Positions 25,341-37,974 of a DNA stretch of 64,000 bases are shown in pieces. The notes under the pieces were generated by a model. That model was not told the DNA's origin and did not search any database. It saw only the letters and a list, made by a program, of their open reading frames with translations. The DNA lies in NCBI GenBank assembly GCA_030390025.1, contig CM059432.1, forward strand, positions 42,844,001-42,908,000. Reading direction: 5' to 3'. Origin of the DNA: Squalus acanthias. Lineage: Eukaryota. The position numbers and the translations under genes are program-made. Every line of letters begins with the position of its first letter. Position 1 is the first letter of the stretch.

Positions 25341-25737
25341 GGCCTTGTATTCCCAAAAGACTTGCACTTTGTCACACCACCTGCAGGAGATGTCCTTAAT
25401 GAAGTTTTGCATATGTTGCTCCTTGCAGCTATATCCTCACACAGCAAACAATTTATTTGCACATCCCAAAATTGTCTTTCCTTTAATAACCAGAAACAGC
25501 CTTTAAAGAACTGCCGGTTGGCCAAGTTATATGACTGGCAGTCAATAATGCTCCTTGTCTGACTCTTAATCTAATAGAGGGAAGGGCTTGCTTTACAAAA
25601 TTCGGCGAGACCTGCCCCTCTTTGATGCTGGCACAGTTGTGCCTATGCCATGGTGAGCACAGCCCTGATTTTGCTGGTCTAGGAAAATCATCAACAACAA
25701 CAACAACAACTTGTATTTATATAGCGCTTCACAGGAG

Positions 25738-27426
25738 TACTGTAGCCAAATTTGCTGATGATACAAAGATAGGTGGGTTAACAAGTTGTGAGGAGGACAT
25801 AAAGGGCTCGATTTTGCCAGGCCCGAGGAGGCGGGAATAGAGGCGTGTGGGGTGTTAAAATTGCAAAAAATGGCGGGCGGGCCCGACCCCGCCTCCATCC
25901 CGCCTCCGAGCAATTTTCCCAAATGCGTGGTATCTGATCCTGCCTCCAAGAGGTGGGATAGGCCCTTAAGGCCCTTAACAACCACTTAATTGCCTCTATA
26001 ATCCCATTTTGAGAGGCCTTTCTGATTTTAAGACTTTTCCAACGTGCTATACGCCTCCTCTGAAACACGACGGTGAAACCTGGCGGTAGCACACTTGGAT
26101 TGTTGACTATCCGCTGCAGGTCCACCATCAAAAAGGAGATTTGATCAATCATCATTCTGAGGGAACTTTTAGCAGTCATAACCATTGTTGTGGAAGTTTG
26201 GAGCTTGGAGCCTGGAGTAGTAGTGGTGGTGGTGGTGGTGGTAAAAAAAATCTGGGAGCAGACTTAGGTCTCCTGCTGCTCATTTTGCCTCCAGGCCCCT
26301 CTCACAGCAAAGGCCAAAAGGTTCCCAGTCTTTGCAGACCTTAAATGCAGCAGCAATGATGACATCATCAGAGGTGACTTTCAGACTGAAAAAACTAATT
26401 GGGTCATGGGTTCCCACATGCTGGAACTCAATAGCCCAATTAGGGGAAAATCAAATAATTCTCCCACATCCAATCGGAGTCGGGTGGCTAACACGAAAAG
26501 CGGATGACATGACCCCAGCCCGCCCCATGACAAAATCGAGCCCAAAGAGTCTGCAAAGGGATACAGATAGGTTAAGTGAGTGGGTAAAAATTTGGCAGAT
26601 GGAGTATAATGTGGGAAAATGTGAGGTTATCCACTTTGGAAGGAAGAATGAAAAAGCAAATTATTATTTAAATGGAGTGAGACTACAAAATGCTGCGGTA
26701 CAAAGGGATCTGGGGGTCCTAGTACATGAAACACAAAAAGTTAGCATGCAGGTACAGCAAGTAATTAGGAAGGCTAATGGAATGTTGGCCTTTATTGCTA
26801 GGGGTATGGAGTATAAAAGTAGGGAAGTTTTGATGCAACTTTATAGGGCGCTGGTGAGACCGCACCTGGAGTACTGTGTACAGATGTGCTCTCCATATTT
26901 AAGGAAGGATATACTTGCATTGGAGGCAGTACAGAGAAGGTTCACTAGGTTGATTCCTGGGATGAAGGGGTTGACGTATGATGAAAGGTTGAGCAGATTG
27001 GGCCTATACTCATTGGAGTTTAGAAGAATGAGAGGTGATCTTATTGAAACATATAAGATTCTGAGGGGGATTGACAGGGTGGATGCTGAGAGGATGTTTC
27101 CCCTAGTGGGGGTATCTAAAACTGGGGGCATAGTTTCAGAATAAGGGGTCGCCCATTTAAGATGGAGATGAGAAGGAATTTCTTCTCTCAGAGGGTCATG
27201 AATCATTGGCATTCTCTACCCCGGAGAGCTGTGGAGGCGGAGTCACTGAATATTCAAGGTGGAGATTGACAGACATTTGAACTACAAGGGAGTTAAGGGG
27301 TATGGGGAGAGAGCGGGAAAGTGGTGTTGAGGACAAGATTGGATCAGCCATGATCTTATTGAATGGCGGAGCAGGCTCGAGGGACCGATTGGCCTACTCC
27401 TGCTCCTGGTTCTTATGTTCTTATGT
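25738..27426 (+). mobile_element. 5'-truncated CR1 LINE containing a nested MITE
   Basis: VAKFADDTKIGGLTSCEEDIK|SLQRDTDRLSEW across the insertion; 3' UTR and tail. Confidence 0.93.
25804..26543. mobile_element. Harbinger-type MITE, AAA target duplication
   Basis: AAA|GGGCTCGATTTTG ... CAAAATCGAGCCC|AAA; perfect 13-bp TIR. Confidence 0.93.
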
Positions 27427-27427
27427 A

Positions 27428-28000
27428 AAAGACAAAAAATTTGATACCGAGCCACATAAGGAGAAATTAGGGCAGATGTCCAAAAGCTTGGTCAAAAAAG
27501 AGGTAGGTTTTAAGGAGCGTCTTAAAGGAGGAAAGAGAGGTGGCGAGGCAGGGAATTCCAGGGCCTAGGCAGCAGAAAGCAAGGCCACCAATGGCTGAGT
27601 GATTATAATCAGGGATACTCAAGAGGGAAGAATTAGAGGAGCGCAGTTATCTCAGGGGATTGTGGGGCTGAAGGAGTTTACAGAGATAGGGAGGGGCGAG
27701 GCCATGGAGGGATCTGGAAACAAGGATGAGAATTATGAAATCGAGGCGTTGCTTAACCGGGAGTCAATGTAGGTCAGCGAGCACAGGGGTGAGGGGTGAA
27801 CGGGACTTGGTGCAAGTTAGGACACGGGCAGCAGAGTTTTGGATGACCTCAAGTTTACGTAGGGTAGAATGTGGGAGGCCAGCCAGGAGTGCGTTGGAAT
27901 AGTCAAGTCTAGAGGTAACAAAGGCATGGATGAGGGTTCAGCAGCGGATGAGCTGAGGCAAGGGCGGAGACGGGCGATGTTACAGAGGTGGAATTAGGGC
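27428..28000 (-). mobile_element. L2 LINE fragment
   Basis: Reverse-complement match to 8212-8780. Confidence 0.87.
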
Positions 28001-30713
28001 TGTAGTGCTTTTAAACTGGAGTTGTTAAATAAATGTATTTGGCATAATTTACTTTTTGAAACAATCATGCTTTAGAAAACATCTTAAGGTAATGACTTAT
28101 GACATGAAACATTAAATTAATTTTATTGTAATTCTACTCTATAATTTTTTTTTATATTTAGATGTATTCCAGTCCTTCCTATTGTTCAGTATGGATTTGT
28201 GCCATTGAATTTTTTTTTACAGGGAACATTTTATATTATTATTTCAAAATTTAATTACCCAGAATATTTTATAAAGAATGTTGTGTGAATATAAAAGTGC
28301 CATCTGAATCTAGGCATTTCCTATTTTCTAGTAAATGTGGCATTCTCACTGCTGACAGAGCAGATTTGTAAATGCCACCATATGGGTTTTGAAAACTAGT
28401 TGCACTGATGATACCCCACACATGTCGGAGATGGTATGTATTGTTGGCACTTTCCCTCAACAGAAACAAGCACAGCTTTGCATACTTGGGCAGATGGCTC
28501 GGGATGTGATGCCAGGATAGCAGTGAATTAAAGGTTATACCCACCAGGTTTGAAGATCTGCCAGTTTGGGTTGGTACAGAAGCTTCTGCCCACCTGCTTA
28601 TCAGCCTCAGGACAGCTGGCATTTCTTTTTTCTAGATTGAGCTGAGTGCTGTAGGGAATAATCGTCATCTGTTAGCCAGTTTCTGGTTTTAAGTCTCATC
28701 AAAAATATGTGCCAGAGAAGTACATTGTGATAAAATGCAAAGAAAGATCATTTACTGTTTTTACACTTAATTATAAAAGTATTTTATTTCAGGGAAAAAG
28801 TTATACATATCAGTGAAAATGTATAGGCTACAGAATAGCTAATAAATTATACAAAATAAGTTGCGAAAAAGAACTACTTTGGCAAAACCACAATGGAAGA
28901 TAAATTGTGAGACTGTGAAATTGTTAGAATGCAGAGCCTTTGCCATATAAATGGCATGGAAAATGTTGTAAATATTTATTAAATAAATGCAATAAAGTAC
29001 AAATTCACATTCGCTCACAATAATTGTCTGTTTCTGCTCACAGTAAAGCACTAAAATTTGTAAACTGCATCTCTTAAAGTAAAACATATGTGAAAATCTT
29101 TTTATAAACACTCCTAAACATGGAGAAAATTACTTTCAAATGGAACAACAGGAGTGTATTTGAATTACAGTTAACAGTATTCTGAAAAAAGATACCTCTG
29201 ATTTGTTGTGCATATAGAGTATTAAAGAACAATGGTACGGAGTGAAGGTAATGGCTGCCATTAGTGGTTCCAGTCAACTTGTGTGTAAGTGTCTTTTGAC
29301 AGGAGAGCTATATACTTTACAGTAGACATGATGAAAAGCAGCCCTGTTTATGATTTTAGCCCAGCTGCCTTATTGATGGATAGAATCTCTAACACATGGT
29401 CCAGGTGGCTTCTAAAGCTGACTCTCTGCAGAAACTTCCATTTGTACATCTTAAACCATTTATTTGATTGGAACAGGATTTTCTGACTAAGTGCGGTTAC
29501 TGAGTTCAGTGGTGTGGTTGTGCTGCAAATCCAAGCTGTACTTTTCACTCATAAACATTTTTGTACTCTTCTACTTTTCCTGATGTAAAAGGAATTCCTT
29601 TCGTGGATTACAACTATCTTCATCTTTATCTGGTGCACAATATTTTAGCATTTAATAGGTTTTGTGCAAAATCCTTCTAAATATTTGCTGTTTTACTGGA
29701 AAACATTGCTCTACCCCCTAGCTGATTGGAATTGAGATCTCAGCTGCCAAGATACTGATGGATGCTTTATGTCTGGTTGCCTTAACCATGAATTTGACCT
29801 TCAGTATTTACTCTGGATGTTCAGTGGAGCAGAAAAGTTTTCTAATTTTTTTCCCACATACCCATCATACCAGTGTTGATTCTAAATGCATTTTCCTATA
29901 TTAATAGGTTTCTTTTTGTCCTAATTCACAATTAAGTCAGATGGGATACTGGAGAGATGTATGATGTTTTGTACTGTTGGTTTTATGCTTTTGTTTCCTT
30001 TTTCTAACTTGATTTATATCAGAAGGATATGCCAACTTTACACTGAAGTACTTGTATTCTTACTATGCAGTAAACTGTTTTACTGCTTCAGGTCCCTGTT
30101 TAAGACTGCATTCCAGTTAAGTGTACACATGCACATACTGTCTAGAGAGTGTCTGTAGTGCATTAAAGAGCTTACATGCGTTCTGCAGGCTCTGCTCTCA
30201 ATTTTATATTCATGTCAACTGGGTGCAGTAAAACCTCACCAGGAAATGTTGATGTGGAGTGCTAAAATGCCGTAAAAATCCATTCATGAAGGGAGATTCC
30301 AGTGTAGTTCTATACATGTAAACAAAATAATTTAAGATCCAATACTATAAGTGAAATGGTATTGCTTGATTTAGGAAAAAAGTGTGAGGGATTCTTGTTT
30401 GGGGGGCAGTTTTGGCAGTAAGTATACAGGGCCTCACGAATATGCTATTACCCACGTTTCCACATGGCAGTTGATCATTAACAGTAAATTAAGATAACAA
30501 ATCAGGACAGTCGTTCAATAATTGATGTAACTAGTTTACAAGCTAGAAATTAGACCCTTGACACTTGGAAGTTAACATGCAATAATACCAACAAAGCACA
30601 GTTGTGGAAAATGGGCATCCCTACAGAGCAGGAGGTCATTCTTGTTGTGAATGAAGTGCTGAAGAGGATGCCTGATATGTATATGACTTAATTGTCAACT
30701 TTCCCTCAACTAG

Positions 30714-31170
30714 TAACAACTTACATTTATATAGCACCTTTAACGTAGTAAAATGTCCCAAGGTGCTTCACAGGAGCGTTATCAAACAAAATTTGACACC
30801 GAGCCATATAAGGAGATATTAAGGCAGCTGACCAAAAGCTTGGTCAAAGAGGTAGGTTTTAAGGAGCGTCTTAAAGGAGGAAAGAAAGGTAGTGAGGCAA
30901 AGAGATTTAGGGAGGGAATTCCAGAGCTTAGGGCCTTGGCAGCTGAAGGCATAGCCACCGATGGTGGAGCGATTAAAATCGGGGATGCGAAAGAGGCCAG
31001 AATTGGAAGAGCTCAGATATCTCGGAGGGTTTTATGGCTGGAGGAGATTACAGAGATAGGGAGGGGCGAGGCCATGGAGGGATTCGAATACAAGGATGAG
31101 AATTTTAAAAATCGAGTCATTGCTTAACTGGGAGCCAATGTTGGTCAGCGAGCACAGGGGTGATGGGACA
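30714..31170 (-). mobile_element. L2 LINE 3' fragment
   Basis: AACAACTTACATTTATATAGCACCTTTAACG tail; body matches 8450-8850 reversed. Confidence 0.88.
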
Positions 31171-32439
31171 TAACCTCATGTGAGGCTATGGCACAAAATG
31201 AGGACGAAGTGGAAAAGGACCTCCCAGACTTTCAAGGAAAGAATTGTCATTAGTAACATTTAAGACCTATAAGCTTCTATGCAGCAAAAGAAAATCCACT
31301 CCACTCTTGCATGTGACTAATGTGCAGACAATATTACAAAAGTTGTTGGGTTCCTTGATAATCTAGCATGTTGTATTGAAATCCAGTTTAATGGAAATTC
31401 ACATTGCAGATTCGTACAAAGTTTTGAATGAAAATCAAAATTACTTCTTAGTTTTTCTGACATGCATTCAGGTCTGAGCACTGGGCCTGGCTAACTTGAG
31501 GGATGCTTGCAGTCTATATCTCTTGATTGAGCAATGGACAGGTAATTTATACTTGTCTCAGATAGGTAGATGACTGACTGGCTGCTCTGAAAAATCCCGT
31601 ACAATTTGATCTGAAACCCTTTAGAGAAATAGCTCCGCGGTCAGCATTGTATGTCTGATGGTCTTAAATACAAATCAGCACATCTTTTGAATCAATTAAT
31701 GAAATGGCACAGGACTTTATCACCTCTGCCTAAGGCATACTCGGCATTGCCAGGCAGCAATCCATATTTCAGCACTAGTTCTTGTTTTATTAATCAGGGA
31801 TTGAATAAAACTTCTCCAGCAGTGCTCCCACTGGTGACACAGGTTTACAAACCCAAGCAGGGGAATACATGGATATCACAAGAATAGATAAATAATACTG
31901 AATGTGGATGCTACATTGTATTTCTCAAAACTGATTATAATGTATATATATTTTTCAACATTGTCCCCCCTCTCCTGAAGATATTGACTCCTGCTAGGGC
32001 GCACTTCTATTGTTAGAATGGCTCCAGTGGAAGCTGAAGACTAAAAGTTTTTATTCTTCAGCCCATTTGGTCCTTACGGGGACTTTAGAAGGGTGGGAGT
32101 CCTACTGTTGATGTGCTCTTGCAGCTGCCCCAGCTATCCAAATGACTCAGTCCCCAGGATTTCTCCAACCTTGGGCAAGAGCACGTGGGGGTTCCTCTTC
32201 AATGTACTTATGCTGATGGAGTGGAACCTGAGGAATTTCCAGGCTTTGGACTCAATTCTTGAAATGAGGTGAAAGAGAGATGACATTGCAGAGGTATATA
32301 ATACTAAGTGGAATAGAAAAAGTTAATCTGGACCACAATATCAAGTTAAATATGAATGTAGGATATGCAGATGTATGTACAAATTGGTAAAAGGCAAATA
32401 CTGTACTGATGATAGGAAGTACTGGAGCTTATAATAAGA

Positions 32440-33107
32440 ACAGTAGGGACCGGAGGGGGAAGGTCGGAAGGCTGAAGGGTCATCGGGGGCCAGAGGGGTA
32501 GGTCAGAAGGCCAAGGGTGATCGGGGACTGGAGGAGGTAGGTCAGAAGGCCGGAGGGGTGATTGGAGGCCGGAGGGGGGATTGGGGGCTGGAGGGGGTGG
32601 TCGGGTCCGGGGGCCGGAGGGGGGATGGGTGGTCGGAGGGGTGTGGGAGGCTGGAGGGGGGTTTCGAGGCCAAGGATCAGTGGCCTCATGGGGGGGGGGG
32701 GAGGGGTTCCGAGGCCTTGAGGAGGTGGAAGGTCAGGGTGGGAGATCAGAAGGGTTGGGGGGATGTCTGATCGTGGGAGGTTGGTGAGACAGGAATGCTG
32801 GATCCAGCAGCTAAGTGGAAAGGCACTTACCTCCTGGATCTGGCAGTCCTGGCCTTCATTTAGCCGACGGGTTCCGCGAGGCCAGGGAAACTCGCCCGGC
32901 CGCAGTTAATTTTAAAATGGTGGATCACCATGAGGCACAGAGCCTCATTATAATATTTAAAATGCCAATCCAGGTTGGCTGCCCGCCTCCCCATCCCGTT
33001 TCCATTAAAACCGGAAGTCGGCAGGTTGGGGTCGGGATTCAGATTTTTAACTCTAACCTCCCACCCAACCCCATCCCACCCATTTTTGGGGGTTAAAATT
33101 CGTCCCC
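32440..33107 (-). mobile_element. MITE family A, partial copy with an expanded G-rich minisatellite (32446-32780)
   Basis: End CCCATTTTTGGGGGTTAAAATTCGTCCCC; GGCACTTACCT at 32822; imperfect GGCCGGAGGGGG(T)GATCGG repeats. Confidence 0.75.
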
Positions 33108-33189
33108 AAGTATTATAAGATTAATTGCAGAATAATGGTCCTTGTCAGAAGAGCATGAGTGTGATATTTTTCTTTTCATACGTCAGGTT

Positions 33190-33385
33190 TCCCTGTGACC
33201 TTCCTGAGTGAGATTGCCAATTAGTGCCAACTGCCCACTTGGAATTACAAGACATCCCAAACTTATTTCATGTGGGTTACTTACCTCCAGCAGACAGAAG
33301 AGGTTTTTATTAGTCTGTTGTGAATTCAAACACTGGTGTCAGAGGTGAAAGACCCATGGCTAACCCACTACACCACTCAGACCCC
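33190..33385 (-). mobile_element. Old tRNA-derived SINE, LF-SINE-like
   Basis: Minus strand reads GTGGTGTAGTGGGTTAGC..CTTTCACCTCT..GTTTGAATTC..ATGAAATAAGTTTGG..TTGGCACTAATTGGCA. Confidence 0.55.
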
Positions 33386-34786
33386 TATAAATTTGATCTT
33401 AATAGCTGCCACCTTTTCCTTTGTTATTTAGTTATTTCTTCTTTTTCAATAATAACCTTTGCTTATTTTCCTCTCCTTTAACTCATGCCCTTCATTATTT
33501 TCTACCCTTATTGGATTGATTAAATTTTTCAGACAAAATTTATCAATGTAAGAATGACTCTCAGCCACTAAACCCAACCAGCATAAACAGCCTGCGTATA
33601 AAAGGTCATCAGGGAGATCAGGGACTTGCCAGCACCTTAAATAGCTGTCTGCAGAAATGTGATAAACAGAGACAACAAAATGCTAACTTAGATAAGGAGG
33701 GGAAAATTCAGATCACCTCCTTTGAATGTATGCCCCATGGTTAAGGAGTAAACTTGTGATTATCATTCTTAATGGTCTTCCACCCTGCTGCATTGGAACA
33801 GATTTTCAGTACTCACTCCCATAAGGATGACACTTCTATTGGGGCATTTTAGTTCTTTGGAAAACTGTAAAAATTGGACATAAAATGAAGTTCCATTACA
33901 GCATGAATGAATAAAGGCAAATAATTCAAGTTAAGGTTGAGAAAAATCTCTTTGGAGACTTTAGTTGCAGATACTTAAACAATTCATTGGGAGGCTAAAG
34001 TCCCACTGGAGGTTTGATCGTTATACCAATTTGGGAGAACTGGGTCTTTTGTAGCATCAGGGATTTTCTTTAAATATTTTTGCAGAGACGTAATTAGTAA
34101 CCCCTACAAAAACAGAAGAACCATTACCCCTAGTGCCCAGCACTCCTGCTGCCTTGGGGATGGGGTATGAGGGACAGTTGGCTGGTAGGTAGCTAATGAA
34201 CCTTGCTATTGGGAAGGAGAGGGATTAATTGGTAGGAATACCTCCTCTGAGAGGACAGTGTAATTATACAGTATTGATGCATCAAAACATAGCACAAGAT
34301 TGTTTACTTCACATTTGATGTTATACTTGCTACTGTGTGAACTATTGCTTCGCATCACATGTGGGATTTTCAAAGGTGGCTTTCAAGTTTTTAAAAATCT
34401 TTTAAGCAGGAATATGATTAGGAGCATGATGAAATCATTGCATCAATTTTATCATTGTCCATCTCAGTTTAGAAATCTGATTTTTAAAAAAGCAAGTAAT
34501 TTTTTACCAAAACAATAATGGTTAAGTTACTATTTTTATGATAAAGTTAGCTAATCAAAGCAAACATATAGCACACAAATGAGTCAATCATAAGTTCTGT
34601 AGAATAAATCAAAAATCTCAGTTTATTCAATACATCTACCATAAAAAAAATCACACTATTTTCTGATGCTGCAACATTTATTGCTACAATTTGAATACTT
34701 CTAAATTTTCCAGTACTGTAAAAGGTAGTATTGTATTCCCAATATTGCGAAAGAAGAATTTTGTAATTTGGAGTTCAAAATGTTAT

Positions 34787-35043
34787 AAGAACATAAGAAT
34801 ATAAGAAATAGGAGCAGGAGTCGGCCATTTGGCCCCTCGAGCCTGCTCCGCCATTCAATAAGATCATGGCTGATCTGATCTTGGCCTCAACTCCACTTCC
34901 CTGCCCGCTCCCCATAACCTTTGACTCCCCTATCATTCAAAAATCTGTCTATCTCCACCTTAAATATATTCAATGACCCAGCCTCCACAGCTCTCTGGGG
35001 TAGAAACATTCACTACCCTCTGAGAGAAGAAATTCCTCCTCAA
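34787..35043 (-). mobile_element. CR1 3' terminal fragment
   Basis: (CATAAGAA)n tail and CR1 3' UTR. Confidence 0.9.
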
Positions 35044-35419
35044 TGTTAGTAAATGTTAACTGGGTCCATAGCAACATATATATATCACAACCTTCACCAC
35101 CATATTTCTCTCAGATACTGCAAAAGAATAGAAATTTGTAACCCCCTCAAAACAAAGATCATAGGGAAGATTTTCAGGGTATAGCAGCCTTGTCAGGGAC
35201 AGAATCCAGAATGATTATTTTGAATCATGTTCCCAACAACCTCCTCTCCTGACCTCTGCACAATGACTTTTGCCCCTTTATTATTCCCCCCCACTGCCAC
35301 CTTCCCAATTCCCCAGCTAGTTCCTGGGGGTTATTTTGGTGAAAGGGTGACCTTTCGTCATCGACCTGAAACATTTTATGCCTCGACTGTATTATATGAA
35401 CCAGCAACAGTTGATTTTT

Positions 35420-35570
35420 AAAAATTTGTTTATGCGATGTGGGCGTCGCTGGCAAGGCCAGCATTTATTGTCCATCCCTGATTGCCCTTGAGAAGGTGGT
35501 GGTGAGCCGCCTTCCTGAACCGCTGCAGTCCGTGTGGTGAAGGTACTCTCACAGTGCTGTTAGGTATGAG
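35420..35570 (-). mobile_element. Zenon-like LINE 3' end
   Basis: Reverse complement of the 39750-39895 tail. Confidence 0.8.
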
Positions 35571-35723
35571 TTCAAGAGTTGAACATGAGTTCAAGGTAGT
35601 TACACAAATCCTGGTGTTCACAGTATTTTGCAACCTCAAGATAAATTTCCACTGGGGTGGGGTTACACCTTCTGCATTTCTCCATGAATGCAACATGAAA
35701 TGTACCTGTAGTCATTCATTAAT

Positions 35724-36451
35724 GGCCCGTAAATTCCGATAGGAGGCATCCTGCGTGCGGATGTCTCCTATTGGGAAAAAATCTACACCCTTACCTTAGG
35801 GCTCCCGAGGTCAGGACTCTTCTGCTCCTGGGCCTCTCCTGGTGCGCGCGCAAAGGCCCAGGTATCCCAGGGGCACAGGCAGCGTCCCTGGGATCACGTG
35901 GGCCAGGCGAGCCAATGGGAGAAGGGAATCCCCCTTCATACTTTTGACAGGTAGACCTGTCAAAAGTATGAATGGGGATCACTGAAAAAAGACACTACAA
36001 CATTAAATAATTTTTTTTTTTATCACATTTTTAAAATGAGTTAAAATATTTTAAACAAAAATTTAATTTTTTGAAAAAAAGAATTTCTGTTTTTTACAGG
36101 GCTAAAAATAAACTTACCTTTTTAAAAGTATTTACATTATAAATGAGTGAATTTTTTTTTTTTAACTTTTTTAAACTCTTATGCTGGTAAAAGCAAGCCT
36201 TACGCCAGCTTTTGCCAGGCGTAAGATTTTTAATGGATTTCAGCAGGCGGAGGTTCTGCAGAAAGCGGAACTCTCCACCTGCAGAGGCCCTTCTCCAGGG
36301 CAGGCGTGCGATCTGTCAAGAGGATTCTTGACAGATCGGAAATGCCGGTTTTCAGCGCATGCGCTGTGCATGCCTGAAACCGGCATTTCCGATGTCCCTA
36401 CGGGTGTGTACACAGCGCGTACACACCCGCAGGCATCGGAAAATACTGGCC
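35724..36451 (-). mobile_element. MITE family B (sister subfamily)
   Basis: AAT|GGCCCGTAAATTCCGAT ... ATCGGAAAATACTGGCC|TAT; same layout as 13540/59002, reversed. Confidence 0.85.
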
Positions 36452-37974
36452 TATGTGTATGCTACCAATTTAAATTTCAAAATTACTAGCTATAAGTGGT
36501 GTTTCATTTATTATGGAGCACTCTGGGGAAGTCAAGCTAGAAATAGGTAAACTTCGAAGGATTTGTAGTGCAGTTATACCATGATTGTATATAGAGCTCC
36601 CATAGGACCAGTAGATCCCAGGCAATATCATTCTAAAATGGCATCACCCTATTCAAAATTCAACATTTTTAAAATAATCAGATCAGCACAATAATAAATT
36701 TTCTTTGAATGCAATACAAAATTTTAAAATATATAATGACCACAGTCAAGTAATAAATTAATACCAAATCATGAATTACGCCTGCCATAAGGAACAAAGA
36801 TAGCTGTGCTCTGAACAAGTTTCTTTCTGATTGAAATTAGGCGTCGGGCTTACTTGTTTAGGCGCAGGGACCAATCCCACCATAGAGGTGAGAACGAAAT
36901 TGTACCCCCATATATTTTCAAAGATGTGGAAAAAATATTTCAGCAGTGGCTAATTTTAGTTATCTGCCTGTGAATAAAGGGAGCAAAATCAAAAGCTGGG
37001 AATAAGGCAGGAGCCCGGGAGATCATCAAGAACAACAAGCAAAAATAAAAACCAGCAAAAAGCACACTGTAGCCAGTATTGGTTTACTGAATACTTCACA
37101 TTGTTTTCTCATTAGTGTAATAAAAAGTTTGTCATTTATACTTCATCAAAAGAAAAGTATTAATATATTAACTAAGGCAAATTCTTCTACTGCTTAATAC
37201 AGTTGTAATAATTCACAGAAAAGTTACTGTAGATTATCTAATTGTTTGTCATCTCTATTTCCAGCTAATGCCTGTGGTACCATTTTGGTCTTTTTGCAAT
37301 TGACTACAGCAGGCTCTATTTAAAGAAATAAAGTAGTTGAATGATAATCATTCAAGTTGGAAGGAGTTAGAAGAAACTCTTGAACTGAACAATGAAGATT
37401 TTGCTATAAAGTGCACTTTCCTTGAGTGCACCAGGACTCCAGAGACTTCTACATAAGAATTTTATAAATGTTGCTTCACCGAACAAGTAGTCTAGAAGGC
37501 AAAGCCAGCATCTCACCAAGACAAAAACTGTGGAAGTTTAATTCATATTTAATTGCGCAATTAAATTTGGACAGTGAACAAAATAAGCAGCTCATGCACA
37601 TGGGTTTTTCCACTTTATTACCTTCAATATACACTGAATGTCCATGTGCCTTTTATGACTATCACCTTTATGAAAAGTTATTCCATGTATCAAATCCGTG
37701 GCCAAGTACAGTGCTTGCTCCTTTTGGCCATCCATGTCTGCCTGGTGTCTGTCATTGTTTCCCTCTGACAGGTTGATTGCAATCCCAATAGGTTGCAATT
37801 GTATAGAATATAGCTGGTTACATACGCTTGGGCAAAACCAGTGTTAACTGTAAATGTCAGTCCAATGTATAAAAGGAATTTACTGGCTGCAAAACCTTTC
37901 TCCTATTTTGGGCTAAAGGTAAATGAAAAATAATTAAACCATCTTTGATTTGAAATCTCTTTTATGACTGCTGG

